Assembly (NCBI GenBank): GCA_964354805.1
Contig: CAYHBD010000016.1
Coordinates: forward strand, 32,001-96,000
Direction of reading: 5' to 3'
Length of the DNA stretch: 64,000 nucleotides
Source of the DNA: an uncultured archaeon
GTDB lineage: Archaea > Iainarchaeota > Iainarchaeia > Iainarchaeales > GCA-2688035
In this document: piece by piece, positions 35,309 through 45,723 of the stretch
How the letters are laid out: each line of letters begins with the position of its first letter
Position numbering within the stretch: position 1 is the first letter of the stretch
The notes under the pieces: model-generated
Told to the model about the DNA's origin: nothing
Seen by the model: the letters and a program-made list of their open reading frames with translations, nothing else
Database searches by the model: none
Made by a program: the position numbers and the translations under genes

Positions 35309-36358
35309 CTATCCTATCCTGTACCGCAGCAATGCTGCAATGCCCCCCAAATTGAATAGCTGCTGGCCTGCCTCATGCTCGGCGTTTATTAAATGCACCT
35401 CTGCGCCCATTCTCTCCGCATCCTGCATTGCTTTTTCAGCCTGCTCCCTGTTCTGCAAAAAGAATTTATCGGCAACCAGCAATTGCTGCACTGCACCGAA
35501 TTCAATTGCTTTCTGCACCTGCAAAAAACCATACTCTGCCAGGCCGCTGTTTTTTCCAAGCTCAGCCAAAAACCTTTCCACCAACTGGGTTTCCTTAACC
35601 AGCTGCATGTTTTGCACAACCTTAACCAAAGTGCCGCCTTTCAGCATTTCCTGCAGACCTGTTACGCCAGTGCTGTTTGTTGCAGCAAAAAAGAACCGCA
35701 TTTCTTTTGGTTTTCCTTTTTCCTGCAGGAATTTTTCAAACCTGCTTCTTGTAAATCCCGGGCCAGCAACAACAACCTGCTTTGCCTTGGTTTCCTTTAT
35801 TTTTTCAGCAATCTCGGCAAAATATTTTTTTTCTGTTGATTCGTCAACAGCAAAGCGCTTCCCGCTCTTGCCGCTTGCAATAGTTGCTTTCTGCTGCAGT
35901 TCAAACTGCTTTAGCAATCCAAAAGTTGCCTGCTCGTCATCCAAAACAACAAGCAGAATATCTGGCTGCCTGCCTGCCTCAGCAGCAGCCCGTAATCTTT
36001 CAATCTGAAAGCGCAGCAGCTGCTTCTTCTGCACCTTCACTGGCGTGTGCAATGGCAGCTCCAGGCTATGGTGTGCTCCAATCTCAATCAATTCACTTGG
36101 CTTGCCTTGCACAATTGTTCCCTCAATCCTCAGCATTCCGCTGAATTTGTGGAATTCAACTGTTTCAACATTCAGTTCAACAAAAAGCTTTTCCCTTCTT
36201 GGCTTCTCCCCCTCATGCAGTGGCTTGATTTTTCTGTCAGTCTCCCCGCTAACCAAATCGCCTTTCTCAATTACCCGCTCCAAGTGCCAGAAATCATCAC
36301 TCGACTCAGGCACAACATGCAGGAAGCGATTCTTTTCATCAATTTTCAGAATTTTCAT
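35309..36358 (-). CDS. pelA: mRNA surveillance protein pelota
   Basis: PESSDDFWHL, HHSL, AGPGF, HEAG..L..LGGIAALLRY. Confidence 0.96.
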   Translation of the reverse strand: MKILKIDEKNRFLHVVPESSDDFWHLERVIEKGDLVSGETDRKIKPLHEGEKPRREKLFVELNVETVEFHKFSGMLRIEGTIVQGKPSELIEIGAHHSLELPLHTPVKVQKKQLLRFQIERLRAAAEAGRQPDILLVVLDDEQATFGLLKQFELQQKATIASGKSGKRFAVDESTEKKYFAEIAEKIKETKAKQVVVAGPGFTRSRFEKFLQEKGKPKEMRFFFAATNSTGVTGLQEMLKGGTLVKVVQNMQLVKETQLVERFLAELGKNSGLAEYGFLQVQKAIEFGAVQQLLVADKFFLQNREQAEKAMQDAERMGAEVHLINAEHEAGQQLFNLGGIAALLRYRIG

Positions 36359-36376
36359 AAAACAACTCACTCAGTT

Positions 36377-36460
36377 TCAAGCACAATGTTTTTTTTCCTT
36401 TTTTTTTGCAAAATTCAATTTTCCATTACTTTCAAGCGTAATAATATTTCTCCCTGTCAA
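36377..36460 (-). pseudogene. Two degenerate echoes of the ABCE1 3' end
   Basis: DREKYYYA* (36460-36432) and ...KKHCA* (ending 36377) versus the gene end DREQKEKGKYYYA*. Confidence 0.7.
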
Positions 36461-36498
36461 TTGCTTTTCTTTTGCTTTCTTATCCTTCAATGCCTATT

Positions 36499-38283
36499 TC
36501 AAGCATAGTAATATTTTCCCTTTTCTTTTTGCTCCCTGTCAAGAACGCTGTCAAGTTTGTTCACTCTTGGCCTTTTGCTGTTCTTGTCCCTGCGCAGAGT
36601 AATCCCTAATTGCTGCAGCAGCCTGTTCATGCCCTCCTCCATTGAAAAAGGTCCTTCCGCTTTTCCGTTTCTTGCTGCTTCTCCCGAGAAAACCATTAAC
36701 CTGTCAGCAATGTAATCAAGGAAAAGCAAATCGTGGTCTACAATGAAAGCGCTTTTTCCCTTCACATCAACAACGCTTCTAATTGCCTTTGCAACAGCCA
36801 GCCTCTGCTCTACATCCAAATGCGCTGAAGGTTCATCCATTAAAATCAAATCGCTTTCCTTTAAAAGAGTTGAAGCAATTGCGCACCTTTGCAGCTCTCC
36901 CCCGCTCAATGTGTCAAGGCTTTTTTCCATTAATGCATCAATTGCGAGAGGCCTTATTACGTTGCTTTGCACGCCTGCATCGCTTAAATCAACTTTTTCC
37001 CGCAACAGCATTTCCTGTACTGTTTCCCTGCTTTCAACTGAAAGATACTGCGGTTTATACACGACTTTTAGATGCAAATCCACTTTGCAATTGTCCGGCT
37101 TTATTTCGCCTGCCAGCATTTTGACAAAGGTTGTTTTTCCTGTTGCATTGGGTCCTAAAATGCCAACCACTTCATTTCTATTAATGCTGTTTGCGTCAGC
37201 GTGCAATTCAAATCTGCCTAATTTTTTCCGCAAAGCAGGCCATTGCACTAATATGTCGCCATGCCTTGTTTTTTTGGCTTCCCTTTCGCTGAATTCAATT
37301 GCATATGACCTGAACCTGTAATTCTCTTCCTTGCTGTATCCATCCAGGTAAGTGTTTATTCCCTCTCTTGTTGTTTTCACCTGGCTCACTATTCCGAAAA
37401 CAGCAGGCTTCCCGTACATTAAGTGCACGAAATCGCTCAAATAATCAAGCAAAATCAAATCATGCTCTACAACGATTACGCTTTTCCCGCTTTCAGCAAT
37501 CTTTCTGATAAAAGCGCCAACATTCATCCTCTGCCTTATGTCCAGATAGCTGCTTGGCTCATCAAAAAAATAAACATCAGCTTCCTTTAATGCAGCTGCA
37601 GCAATCGCTGTCTTCTGCAGCTCGCCACCTGAAAGCTCGGAAACCTTCTGCTGCATTATTGGCTCAATCTGCAATTCAGCGGCAATTTCCCGCAATTTTT
37701 TCCTTTCATCAACCCTGCGCAGCAAATCAGCAACTCGTCCATGCACAATCTTTGGCAGCTTATCAACAGCCTGTGGTTTCACGCTTGCCCTTATTTTGCC
37801 TGCGCTCAATTTTTCAAAAAACGCCTGCTCTTCTTTTCCCCTGAAGAATTCAATCACTTTCTGCCAGCTTGGCTTTTCATCCGCTGTCCCAAGATTTGGA
37901 ACAAGCTCAGTGCTCAGAATGCGCAGTGCTGTTGTTTTTCCAATGCCGTTCTGCCCAACCAATCCAACAACATTCCCTTGCCTTGGCAACGGCAGCCTGT
38001 GCAGCCTGAACATATTTTTTCCAAAGCAGTGAACAGGCTGCTTTAGTGAAATCGACAAATTCACTATGCTGATTGCGTTGAATGGGCATTTTTTTTCGCA
38101 GATTAGGCAGCCTATGCACAAGTCCTCGCTGATGTTCGGCTTCTCGTTTTCAGCGTGTGAAATGCATTGCTTGGCTGCTCTGTTCACTGGGCAAACCTGC
38201 TCGCAAAGCCAATTCCCGCATTTTTTCGGATTGCATTTGTCATAGTTTATTACAGCAATCCTCTGCCTAATGTCCTGCTTCAT
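36499..38283 (-). CDS. rli: Ribosome-recycling ATPase ABCE1/RLI
   Basis: N-terminal Fe-S Cys cluster, two ABC domains (GQNGIGKTT, GPNATGKTT, LSGGELQ). Confidence 0.97.
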   Translation of the reverse strand: MKQDIRQRIAVINYDKCNPKKCGNWLCEQVCPVNRAAKQCISHAENEKPNISEDLCIGCLICEKKCPFNAISIVNLSISLKQPVHCFGKNMFRLHRLPLPRQGNVVGLVGQNGIGKTTALRILSTELVPNLGTADEKPSWQKVIEFFRGKEEQAFFEKLSAGKIRASVKPQAVDKLPKIVHGRVADLLRRVDERKKLREIAAELQIEPIMQQKVSELSGGELQKTAIAAAALKEADVYFFDEPSSYLDIRQRMNVGAFIRKIAESGKSVIVVEHDLILLDYLSDFVHLMYGKPAVFGIVSQVKTTREGINTYLDGYSKEENYRFRSYAIEFSEREAKKTRHGDILVQWPALRKKLGRFELHADANSINRNEVVGILGPNATGKTTFVKMLAGEIKPDNCKVDLHLKVVYKPQYLSVESRETVQEMLLREKVDLSDAGVQSNVIRPLAIDALMEKSLDTLSGGELQRCAIASTLLKESDLILMDEPSAHLDVEQRLAVAKAIRSVVDVKGKSAFIVDHDLLFLDYIADRLMVFSGEAARNGKAEGPFSMEEGMNRLLQQLGITLRRDKNSKRPRVNKLDSVLDREQKEKGKYYYA

Positions 38284-38394
38284 AGTAAAATAAGTTAAGG
38301 GAGTTGAACAAATAAATACCTTTGCCCTACTTTGGCTTCGGCTATTCCAGTTATTGCTGCTATTTAAGAAAAAGAAAAAAAGAGAGCACTGCTT

Positions 38395-39900
38395 TTACCA
38401 GTAATAGCGGTGCTCCACTGTGTAAGTTACTGTTTTGCTTCCATTTGCAGGCACTTTTACAGTGAATTCTATTGTGCTGCCTGTTTTCTTTTCAAATGCA
38501 TCGCTGTTTTTTGTTATTTCCCAGCTTGAGCCAACATATTCGTGCACTACTACCTCTGCCTCGCTATCCTTGTGGTTCCGCAGCTGTATTTCATAGCTAT
38601 GCCTATAGTAGCCTACTGCCAGGTTTGTTGACTCTGTTTGCTTTCTCTCTCCAACAATGTCAAATGCATCCCCAAGATACAGGTTCACTTCCTCGTCCTT
38701 TGCTGTGTGGTCAATCAGGTCTTCTCCAACAAACTGCAATTGGCCTTCGCTGTCAGCTTTGTATACCCTAACCTTTCCTTTTGGCAAAGGCAATCCCATT
38801 CCCTGTTGTTCGCTGTTCTTGAAATTAAGTTTTGTTTGAACCTTTGTCCCTTGCATTGCTCCATCATAGTAGAATATCTTTTTCACTGGAACGCCCTCTG
38901 CAGCCAAAAGCGCAATCTGCTTTACCTCATTGTTCATTACATCAGTTTTCCTGCCCAAAGTGTACATATGGTATTCAAACAGCCCTTCCTCTACAAACTG
39001 TTGTGGGGCAGCACCTGAAACCGCCCTGTCATATGCGTACTCCTCTTTGTACGTTTGTTCCACTACTCTGTGGACATCTCCTGCAACCAATTTCAATTTT
39101 GTGTCCGGATAGTTTGTTCCGCTCTTGTTGTCAATGCTTACCCAGCCCTTGAAATCCATTGCTGTGTCGCCTGCATTTACTTTTGCAATGTATTCCGCGT
39201 GCCATAGTATGCCGTCTGTAAGGTATGTTGTCTGGGTTTGCCTGCTTCCCTCTTTTGTTGCATACAATTTCCATATGAGCGTTGGCTTTACCCAGAGGTT
39301 TTCAGGCAGCTTTGGGAAAATGGTTCTTGCTGGATTCAGTGATACAACCCCTTCGCTTGTTTGCAAAAGAATGCCGTCACTGTAGCTTAGCAGTGTTCCT
39401 GTGTATTCTTTGGTTTTTTCGCCATCGAAGTCCAACACTGTTATTTCTTTGTCCAAGTATTTTTGCAACAGCTTTTCCCTTGAAACAAGGTCATACTCAT
39501 AGTTCTGTTCAATAACTGTCGTGTCAGAGTATTGCATGTCCTGGAAGAAAACACTGGTTGGATCGATTTTTGCTGCAACATCAGTGTATTTTACCAGGTT
39601 TACGCCCTCTTTCAGGGAAAGGTTTCTTATTTCCTTTACTAAAGCAAAATTCTGGTTGTAGATTGTCAGCTCTGTTCCCTCTTTCTGGTCACTGGTTTCT
39701 TCTGCCGCGAATCTTGCAACAACAGCCTGCGGTTTTTCGCTTGAAACAACATAGGCAACCTCCTTGATGTCTATTGCCGGTATGTCAACTCTTCTGCCGC
39801 CTGGCTGTTGCTCGATTTCAGTTGGGTTGATTAAAACAACAGCAGAGACAATTATCACTGCAATTAAAATGCCTGCAATAATGTACTGTGGCTTGTTCAA
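38395..39900 (-). CDS. DUF4139 domain protein with N-terminal anchor
   Basis: LTIYNQNFALVKE, EQNYEYDL, FEYHMYTL, LPKGKVRVY, FVGEDLIDHT. Confidence 0.9.
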   Translation of the reverse strand: MNKPQYIIAGILIAVIIVSAVVLINPTEIEQQPGGRRVDIPAIDIKEVAYVVSSEKPQAVVARFAAEETSDQKEGTELTIYNQNFALVKEIRNLSLKEGVNLVKYTDVAAKIDPTSVFFQDMQYSDTTVIEQNYEYDLVSREKLLQKYLDKEITVLDFDGEKTKEYTGTLLSYSDGILLQTSEGVVSLNPARTIFPKLPENLWVKPTLIWKLYATKEGSRQTQTTYLTDGILWHAEYIAKVNAGDTAMDFKGWVSIDNKSGTNYPDTKLKLVAGDVHRVVEQTYKEEYAYDRAVSGAAPQQFVEEGLFEYHMYTLGRKTDVMNNEVKQIALLAAEGVPVKKIFYYDGAMQGTKVQTKLNFKNSEQQGMGLPLPKGKVRVYKADSEGQLQFVGEDLIDHTAKDEEVNLYLGDAFDIVGERKQTESTNLAVGYYRHSYEIQLRNHKDSEAEVVVHEYVGSSWEITKNSDAFEKKTGSTIEFTVKVPANGSKTVTYTVEHRYYW

Positions 39901-40015
39901 ATTGAATCACCAGCAAATAATTGGCGTTTCTCCAATTTAACCTTTTCGCTTTTGTAAGTGAGCAAAATCGCAGCCAAAAACTATTTTAAACCATTTTCGC
40001 CCAAAATTCCCTATC

Positions 40016-40798
40016 ATGCGTAAAAGCAAAAACTGCAATCCAGAAATTGAAAAGCTCACCTTTACTTTCATAACTGCAATTGAAAACAGCTGCAAGGGAG
40101 TGCAAAAGGCAGCAGTTCTATTCAGCGGGGGCGTAGATTCAGCACTGGTTGCAAAAGCAGTGAGTGCGCAAGTAACCCAAACCACTTTATTTGTATCAGG
40201 CTTTTCAGGGAGCAGTGCGTTAAGCGCTGCAGAGCAGGGAGCAAAGCAACTGCGCCTGCCCCTTAGAAAAATAATTCTTTCAGAAAAAAAACTGAAAAAC
40301 GTAATTCCAAAAATTAAAAAAATAATCAAAACAAAGTCACCCCTGCATCTGCAGATTGCTTTGCCAATCTACTTTGCAATGCAGGGAACAAAAAAAGCCG
40401 GCTTCAAGCACATTTTCACAGGCATGGGAGCGGACGAACTGTTCCTCGGATACGATTACTTCAGAAGAGCATTTAACGGCAAAAATAGCGCTGCAATTAA
40501 AAAGCTGCAGAAAGAAAAGCTCGCTTCCTTCTGGAAAACGGATTTCGCCAGAGATAGCGCAATCGCAAGGGCGCTTGGATTGCGCTTGCATGTCCCCTTT
40601 CTTTTCCCCGCATTTATGAAGGCAGCGCTTGCATTCCCTGTAAAGCAGAATTTGCGTGGCAAAAACGATTTGCTGCGTAAGCACGCGCTGCGCTCCCTTG
40701 CGCTGCAATTTGGCATTCCGCAGGAAATCGCTTTCAAAAGAAAAAAAGCAGTGCAATACGACAGCGGAGTGAGCAAAGTGGTGAAGAGACTGCTTTAA
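40016..40798 (+). CDS. Asparagine synthase C-terminal-domain (PP-loop) protein lacking a glutaminase domain
   Basis: FSGGVDS, TGMGADELFLGY, VPFL, RKKAVQYDSG. Confidence 0.85.
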   Translation: MRKSKNCNPEIEKLTFTFITAIENSCKGVQKAAVLFSGGVDSALVAKAVSAQVTQTTLFVSGFSGSSALSAAEQGAKQLRLPLRKIILSEKKLKNVIPKIKKIIKTKSPLHLQIALPIYFAMQGTKKAGFKHIFTGMGADELFLGYDYFRRAFNGKNSAAIKKLQKEKLASFWKTDFARDSAIARALGLRLHVPFLFPAFMKAALAFPVKQNLRGKNDLLRKHALRSLALQFGIPQEIAFKRKKAVQYDSGVSKVVKRLL

Positions 40799-41343
40799 GG
40801 GGCATTGCACAAGTTGTTCGCAGAAGTAGATGGTATCTTATCAACCTCACACAGATTAGACTTGTCATCCTTAACATCTATTTTGCAACTAGGGGCTGGG
40901 TCATAATTTGCACTTTTGTTAAATTGTACTTTGTCTTTTTCGTATTCAATTTTAATGCCATCGAGAGTTTTTTCACAATAGATATCAACATCAACCTGTA
41001 TATTTCCAATTACATTAACATTATCCACATGACAGTTTTCTAGCGATGCATCATCAAGTGTTGACCTAAAATACCCGCTAGTGTTATCCCCTAAAGTGGC
41101 TTTAATTGAAGCCATGTTCTTTGTGCAGCCATTTTTAAAGCCATCATCTGCTATTGCATCACTTGCACTTTTGTCAAGCAAATACCTGGCGGTCAGCCAT
41201 TCTCTTTTCAAATCAATTATTGCTTTGGCATAGTCTTTTTCGCTTTGTGCTCTAACCATTGCACTTGAATTGAATGCAACAGCAATAATTACCACTATTG
41301 CAATCGATGCGATTACTCCGCTGTAAGCTCCTTTCCTATTCAT
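40795..41343 (-). CDS. Pilin-like protein (class III signal peptide)
   Basis: MNRKG/AYSG plus hydrophobic helix. Confidence 0.75.
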   Translation of the reverse strand: MNRKGAYSGVIASIAIVVIIAVAFNSSAMVRAQSEKDYAKAIIDLKREWLTARYLLDKSASDAIADDGFKNGCTKNMASIKATLGDNTSGYFRSTLDDASLENCHVDNVNVIGNIQVDVDIYCEKTLDGIKIEYEKDKVQFNKSANYDPAPSCKIDVKDDKSNLCEVDKIPSTSANNLCNAP

Positions 41344-41660
41344 GCATCCTCACAAAAAACCTTTGGGGTTAATGTTTCCCTGCTCCTCAAATCGTTTGCT
41401 TTTGGATCTAGCAGTAATTCATAGACCGTCACGCATTCACCGTATTCTTTTCCACTAAAGTTATGGCTCTCACCTAGCTGATTTAAATAAAAGCCAGTGA
41501 TTGCTTGGTCCTCTGCCTGTTGCCTCAAAGAGCTTGAAATGTCTCCTTTCTCTGGCAGCGCATTTTGCTGAGCTGCAAGCGCTACAGCAAGCACTATAAC
41601 CAAAATTAATGCAAGAACCGCATCCATTGTAAAAAGAAAACCCTTTTTCATATCTTCCAC
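41340..41660 (-). CDS. Pilin-like protein (class III signal peptide)
   Basis: KKG/FLFTMDA plus hydrophobic helix. Confidence 0.82.
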   Translation of the reverse strand: MEDMKKGFLFTMDAVLALILVIVLAVALAAQQNALPEKGDISSSLRQQAEDQAITGFYLNQLGESHNFSGKEYGECVTVYELLLDPKANDLRSRETLTPKVFCEDA

Positions 41661-42124
41661 ACCCTTATGCTGATTGGAATTGCTCCGGCAGAGGTGAATG
41701 TTCCCTTTTCAAAATTCTCTTTTGTTATTGGCCCATTATTTGTTACAACCAATCGTTTTGTTTCATAGAAGTCTTCCCCATTATAAGCTGTGCCGCAATT
41801 AGAATTCGCCCTAGTGCTGCTGATTTTATAACAGTACCCGCTTGGAAATAAGTTCCCAAAACTACCAATTGTACTTTCATCTATACAATTAACCAAAAAT
41901 ACCTTTGCCGGTCCACCAAGGCTTTGGATTTCGCAGGTTGTGCCATCGCTCGCAACCAACAAATCAGCAGCCGTCTCCGCCACCTGTTTCAATTCATCAT
42001 GCAATTGCTGTTCTTTTTGGCTGTATGCGTTCACTTCAATGCTGTGAATCAGCAAGGCGATTGCTGCTGTTACTGCAACCATTGAGATAATGAAATCCAA
42101 GCTGAATAACTGCCCTTTCTGCAT
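41648..42124 (-). CDS. Pilin-like protein (class III signal peptide)
   Basis: QKG/QLFSLDF plus hydrophobic helix. Confidence 0.85.
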   Translation of the reverse strand: MQKGQLFSLDFIISMVAVTAAIALLIHSIEVNAYSQKEQQLHDELKQVAETAADLLVASDGTTCEIQSLGGPAKVFLVNCIDESTIGSFGNLFPSGYCYKISSTRANSNCGTAYNGEDFYETKRLVVTNNGPITKENFEKGTFTSAGAIPISIRVWKI

Positions 42125-42135
42125 TTTTCAATCAC

Positions 42136-42549
42136 TTATTTTGATATTGTTATTAACTCTCCGCATTTTGCTGTGCCAGGCACGTTTGTAATTCCTGCTG
42201 GATTAACAAATTTTTTTAATACGCTCACTACTGGTTCGGCAGCATACCCTAAAGTTATAATTCCATTGCCTCTGTCAATGCTGACATCGCACGGCTGCAG
42301 CTTCTCTTCTCCGGGAACAGCTATTTTTGGAATTGTGTAAGAAATGCTTGTGCCAGCTGCCCCATCACTTAATGCAGATGAGGTTGAAATTATTGCCGCA
42401 AGCGTGTTTCCGATTGAGTCAAGCTGCTGCCTTATTGTGCTGCTTTTCTGGGTTTCAATTATTGTGCTGCCGACTGCTGCAATTGAGCCTAATACAACTA
42501 ACGCTACAACTATTGTGAGAATAAAATCCAAGCTGACCTGGCCGCGCAT
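42136..42549 (-). CDS. Pilin-like protein (class III signal peptide)
   Basis: MRG/QVSLDF plus hydrophobic helix. Confidence 0.85.
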   Translation of the reverse strand: MRGQVSLDFILTIVVALVVLGSIAAVGSTIIETQKSSTIRQQLDSIGNTLAAIISTSSALSDGAAGTSISYTIPKIAVPGEEKLQPCDVSIDRGNGIITLGYAAEPVVSVLKKFVNPAGITNVPGTAKCGELITISK

Positions 42550-42585
42550 TTCAGTTAAACAATATGTTTTCTCTGTTTTTAAGAA

Positions 42586-44100
42586 TTAGCCTTCTATCAA
42601 ACTGCTGCCAGTCATCTCTTTTGGCTTACTTATTCCCATTAATTCAAGAACAGTTGGCCCAATGTCCTGCAGGCCTGCTCCCTTGCGCAGTTTCGCTTTC
42701 AGCAACGCTGGCTCGTTTGAAACAAGAATAAATGGAACATCATTCACCGTGTGCGATGTCTGCCACTGCTTGCTTTTGTCTTCAAGGTTCCCGTGGTCAG
42801 CGAAAATGAACAAAACATAATCCTTTTCCAGCCCGGCTGCAACAATTCTGCCAACGCATTGGTCAACGGTTTCCGCAGCTTTCAAGCAGGCTTCCCATTT
42901 GCCAGTGTGCCCGACAAGGTCGCCGTTCACCAAATTTACTGCAATAAAATCATAACAATTTTTTCCTATTTCCTGCACTAATTTGTCTGTTACTTCAAAT
43001 GCGCTCATTTCAGGCTGCAAATCATAAGTTGCAACCTTCGGCGATGGCACAAGCATTCTGTCTTCCCCCTTGCTCGGCTCTTCAATCTGCCCGTTGAAAA
43101 AGAACGTAACATGCGCGTACTTCTCTGTTTCCGAAATGCGCAGCTGTCGCAGCCCAGCCTTGCTTATCACTTTCCCAAGAAGGTTTTTGATTTGAATGTC
43201 CTCGAACGCAACCAGTGCATTCATTGGTTTGTAGAAAGATGTCATTGCAACAAAGCAAACCTGCAATGGCTTTCTTTCCCATCCTGGAAATTCTTTTTCA
43301 ACAATTGCCTGCGTTAATTGCCTTGTCCTGTCCGTCCTGTAATTATAGAAAATGATTGAATCGTTTTCCTGCACTCCCTTGTAGCCTTTTGCTTTTCTTG
43401 GCACAATGAATTCATCCGTTTTTCCCTTGGAATAGCATTGCCCGATTTCCTTTTCAATCTCCTCAAACTCGCTTTCGCACTCTCCCCTTGCAATGCAATC
43501 GTATGCCTTTTTTGTCCTCTCCCATCGCTTGTCCCTGTCCATTGTGTAATATCTTCCGCTCAATGTCGCGATTTTTCCAACTCCGAACTGCTTAATCTTC
43601 TTCTTTAACAGCTTAATATGTTTCACGCCATCATTCACCTGGGCATCTCTGCCATCAGTGATAACATGCACAAGCACATCAGAAAATTTTTGCTTTTTGC
43701 ATAAGAGAAGCAGCGCATGCAGGTGGTTTTCATGAGCGTGGACTCCTTCGCTCTGCAGTAATCCAATCAAGTGCAGCCTTGTTTTGTTTCGCCTGCAGTT
43801 TTCAATCGCTTTAAGAAAAGCAGGATTTTTAAAAAACTCGCCTTTTGCAATCGCGTTGTTTATTCTCTCCATAGGCTGCCAAATAATTCTCCCACTGCCA
43901 ATGGTTAAATGCCCAACCTCGCTATTTCCCTGATAGCCCTTTCCCAAGCCAACTGCCTCACCGCTGCATTTAAGCAAAGTGTTTGGATATTCTTGCATCA
44001 GCCTATTAGTGTTTGGAGTTTTTGCTGCAGCAATCGCATTCTGCTCTTTCTTTGGATTAAAGCCCCAGCCGTCCCTTATTACTAAAATGACTTTTTTCAT
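42586..44100 (-). CDS. gpmI: 2,3-BPG-independent phosphoglycerate mutase (bacterial type)
   Basis: DGWG, GNSEVGH, DGRD, SGRYY, ETEKYAHVTFFF, VGHTG, ADHGN. Confidence 0.97.
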   Translation of the reverse strand: MKKVILVIRDGWGFNPKKEQNAIAAAKTPNTNRLMQEYPNTLLKCSGEAVGLGKGYQGNSEVGHLTIGSGRIIWQPMERINNAIAKGEFFKNPAFLKAIENCRRNKTRLHLIGLLQSEGVHAHENHLHALLLLCKKQKFSDVLVHVITDGRDAQVNDGVKHIKLLKKKIKQFGVGKIATLSGRYYTMDRDKRWERTKKAYDCIARGECESEFEEIEKEIGQCYSKGKTDEFIVPRKAKGYKGVQENDSIIFYNYRTDRTRQLTQAIVEKEFPGWERKPLQVCFVAMTSFYKPMNALVAFEDIQIKNLLGKVISKAGLRQLRISETEKYAHVTFFFNGQIEEPSKGEDRMLVPSPKVATYDLQPEMSAFEVTDKLVQEIGKNCYDFIAVNLVNGDLVGHTGKWEACLKAAETVDQCVGRIVAAGLEKDYVLFIFADHGNLEDKSKQWQTSHTVNDVPFILVSNEPALLKAKLRKGAGLQDIGPTVLELMGISKPKEMTGSSLIEG

Positions 44101-44468
44101 TCCACCACTTCCAATTGCAGCTGCTTTCCGCTTGCATCAAATGCCCTCACGCTTTCAAAAGAGAAAGGATAGGCAATTATTAAATGTATTTCCCCCATTG
44201 CCCTGAATGCGGCAAGGTCTCCCCTGGAAGGGGAAGCGCTTGGCCCAGGGTGCGAGTGAACGCTGCCAATTGCCCCGCTTGTATAAGGCAGCAAATCCAG
44301 CCTGATTGAGCTGAATGTTTCGCCAAATGTTGCGGGCAGAATAATAAATTCGTCAATTACGCTGCTTTTCTTCTCCCTGCGCCCAAGCAGTGCAATGAAC
44401 TCGTGCGGATAAGTGTTTTGCGCAGCAACAACAAGCGCCTGCAAGGTTTGCTTTTTTATTTTGACCAC
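44097..44468 (-). CDS. JAB/MPN (JAMM) metalloprotease
   Basis: PHE...VHSHPGPSASPSRGD. Confidence 0.92.
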   Translation of the reverse strand: MVKIKKQTLQALVVAAQNTYPHEFIALLGRREKKSSVIDEFIILPATFGETFSSIRLDLLPYTSGAIGSVHSHPGPSASPSRGDLAAFRAMGEIHLIIAYPFSFESVRAFDASGKQLQLEVVE

Positions 44469-45677
44469 TCACAGCCCCAAGTAGAATAAAATTGTGGGAA
44501 TCATTAAAAATGCCATGCTGTTTGTTCTCCGCGTGTCAGTGCTTAGAATGAGAAGGCCAATTGCAGTAGCGGTTATGTAGAAGATGATGCCTGTTGCTCC
44601 GCTGAATATTGCAACCATTGCCGTCAGGAACACAAGCACAATTGAATTTATTTTTTTGTAGTTAATCAAATGGATTTTTTTCAGCGCCTTTTTTGCAATC
44701 AAATCAGTTGCAATCGCTGCAATGCCCAATGCAATCAATGAAGCTGCAACAACGTAAAGCAATTCCTCGCTGCCGAATGGCATTATTTGTTTCATTGCCG
44801 CTGCGCTCCCTGTCCTTGTTTTCCCCCAGGCAAACAAAACAAAGAACGACAGCACCATTGTTGCTGTGTTTACGCCTCCAAGCAGCAGCAGGTAATCCGC
44901 TGTTTTTATTTTTCCAACAAATTTCCTTATTATGAACGCTGCCTGGTTTGAGCCAATCGCCGGCATTAGAGAAACAATTGCCGCCCCGACCAATGCAAGA
45001 ACGCTGCTGCGCAGCAATCTGCTTTTTTCAATGAAAAATTCACCAATATGCTGTTCCACCATGCACTGTTTTTGCCTGATGCTGTAAATCAGTGTGCTTG
45101 AGCCAAAGAATCCTGTTGAAAGGCAGAACAAGGAATTCTGCAGCGAAAAGCTGCTTTCCAATGCAATCAATCCAAGTACTCCGCTTAATGCGATTATTGC
45201 GCAGGCCCATGCTTTCTTTTGCCTGCCTTTTTCGCCCCAAATCATTATTGCAAGGACCGCAATCAACACAAAAGGGATTATTGTTGTAAGAAACTGCTTG
45301 CTTCTCTCTGTGAACAAAATAAAAATCGGGGCAATTGCTATTGCAGCCAAGCCGGCTGCCAGGCCGCCGACAATAGTCATCCTTATTGCAATAAATCCTT
45401 TTCCCTGCAGCAGCAGCCTGTGCCCAGGCAGCACTGAAAGAAAGCTTTCGCTGTCAGGCGCCCCCAAAAGAATTGATGGAACAAAGTCAACAAAGCTCTG
45501 CGTTACACTCATTGCTGCAAGCATCAGAACAAAGCCCAGATTGTTTGTTGCAGCAAAGCCAACAGCCAAAACAGCGATTGTGTTCGCGTGCAATCCCGGA
45601 ATCAGCCCGGCAATTATTCCAAGAACGCAGCCCAACAAAACAAACAGCAGCAGCTCTATTACCATTTTTTTAACCAC
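44469..45677 (-). CDS. TctA/DUF112-like multi-pass membrane protein
   Basis: GLIPGLHAN, PSILLGAP, SVLPGHRLLLQGKG; about 11-12 TM helices. Confidence 0.85.
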   Translation of the reverse strand: MVKKMVIELLLFVLLGCVLGIIAGLIPGLHANTIAVLAVGFAATNNLGFVLMLAAMSVTQSFVDFVPSILLGAPDSESFLSVLPGHRLLLQGKGFIAIRMTIVGGLAAGLAAIAIAPIFILFTERSKQFLTTIIPFVLIAVLAIMIWGEKGRQKKAWACAIIALSGVLGLIALESSFSLQNSLFCLSTGFFGSSTLIYSIRQKQCMVEQHIGEFFIEKSRLLRSSVLALVGAAIVSLMPAIGSNQAAFIIRKFVGKIKTADYLLLLGGVNTATMVLSFFVLFAWGKTRTGSAAAMKQIMPFGSEELLYVVAASLIALGIAAIATDLIAKKALKKIHLINYKKINSIVLVFLTAMVAIFSGATGIIFYITATAIGLLILSTDTRRTNSMAFLMIPTILFYLGL

Positions 45678-45678
45678 C

Positions 45679-45723
45679 TTTTTTCTTTTGGTACAGCTTT
45701 TCTTTTCCTAAAAGAAAAGGTGT
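45679..45723 (-). repeat. Family-2 hairpin repeat
   Basis: Reverse complement ACACCTTTTCTTTT-AGG-AAAAGAAAAGCTGTACCAAAAGAAAA matches 21475-21518. Confidence 0.72.

Noticed and set aside
28092-35359. Long antisense ORFs (28092..29042, 29044..29943, 34397..35359 and similar)
   Set aside because: They shadow well-supported genes on the opposite strand and have no motifs.
36377-36490. Small 37-aa ORF between ABCE1 and pelota
   Set aside because: Composed of degenerate echoes of the ABCE1 3' end.
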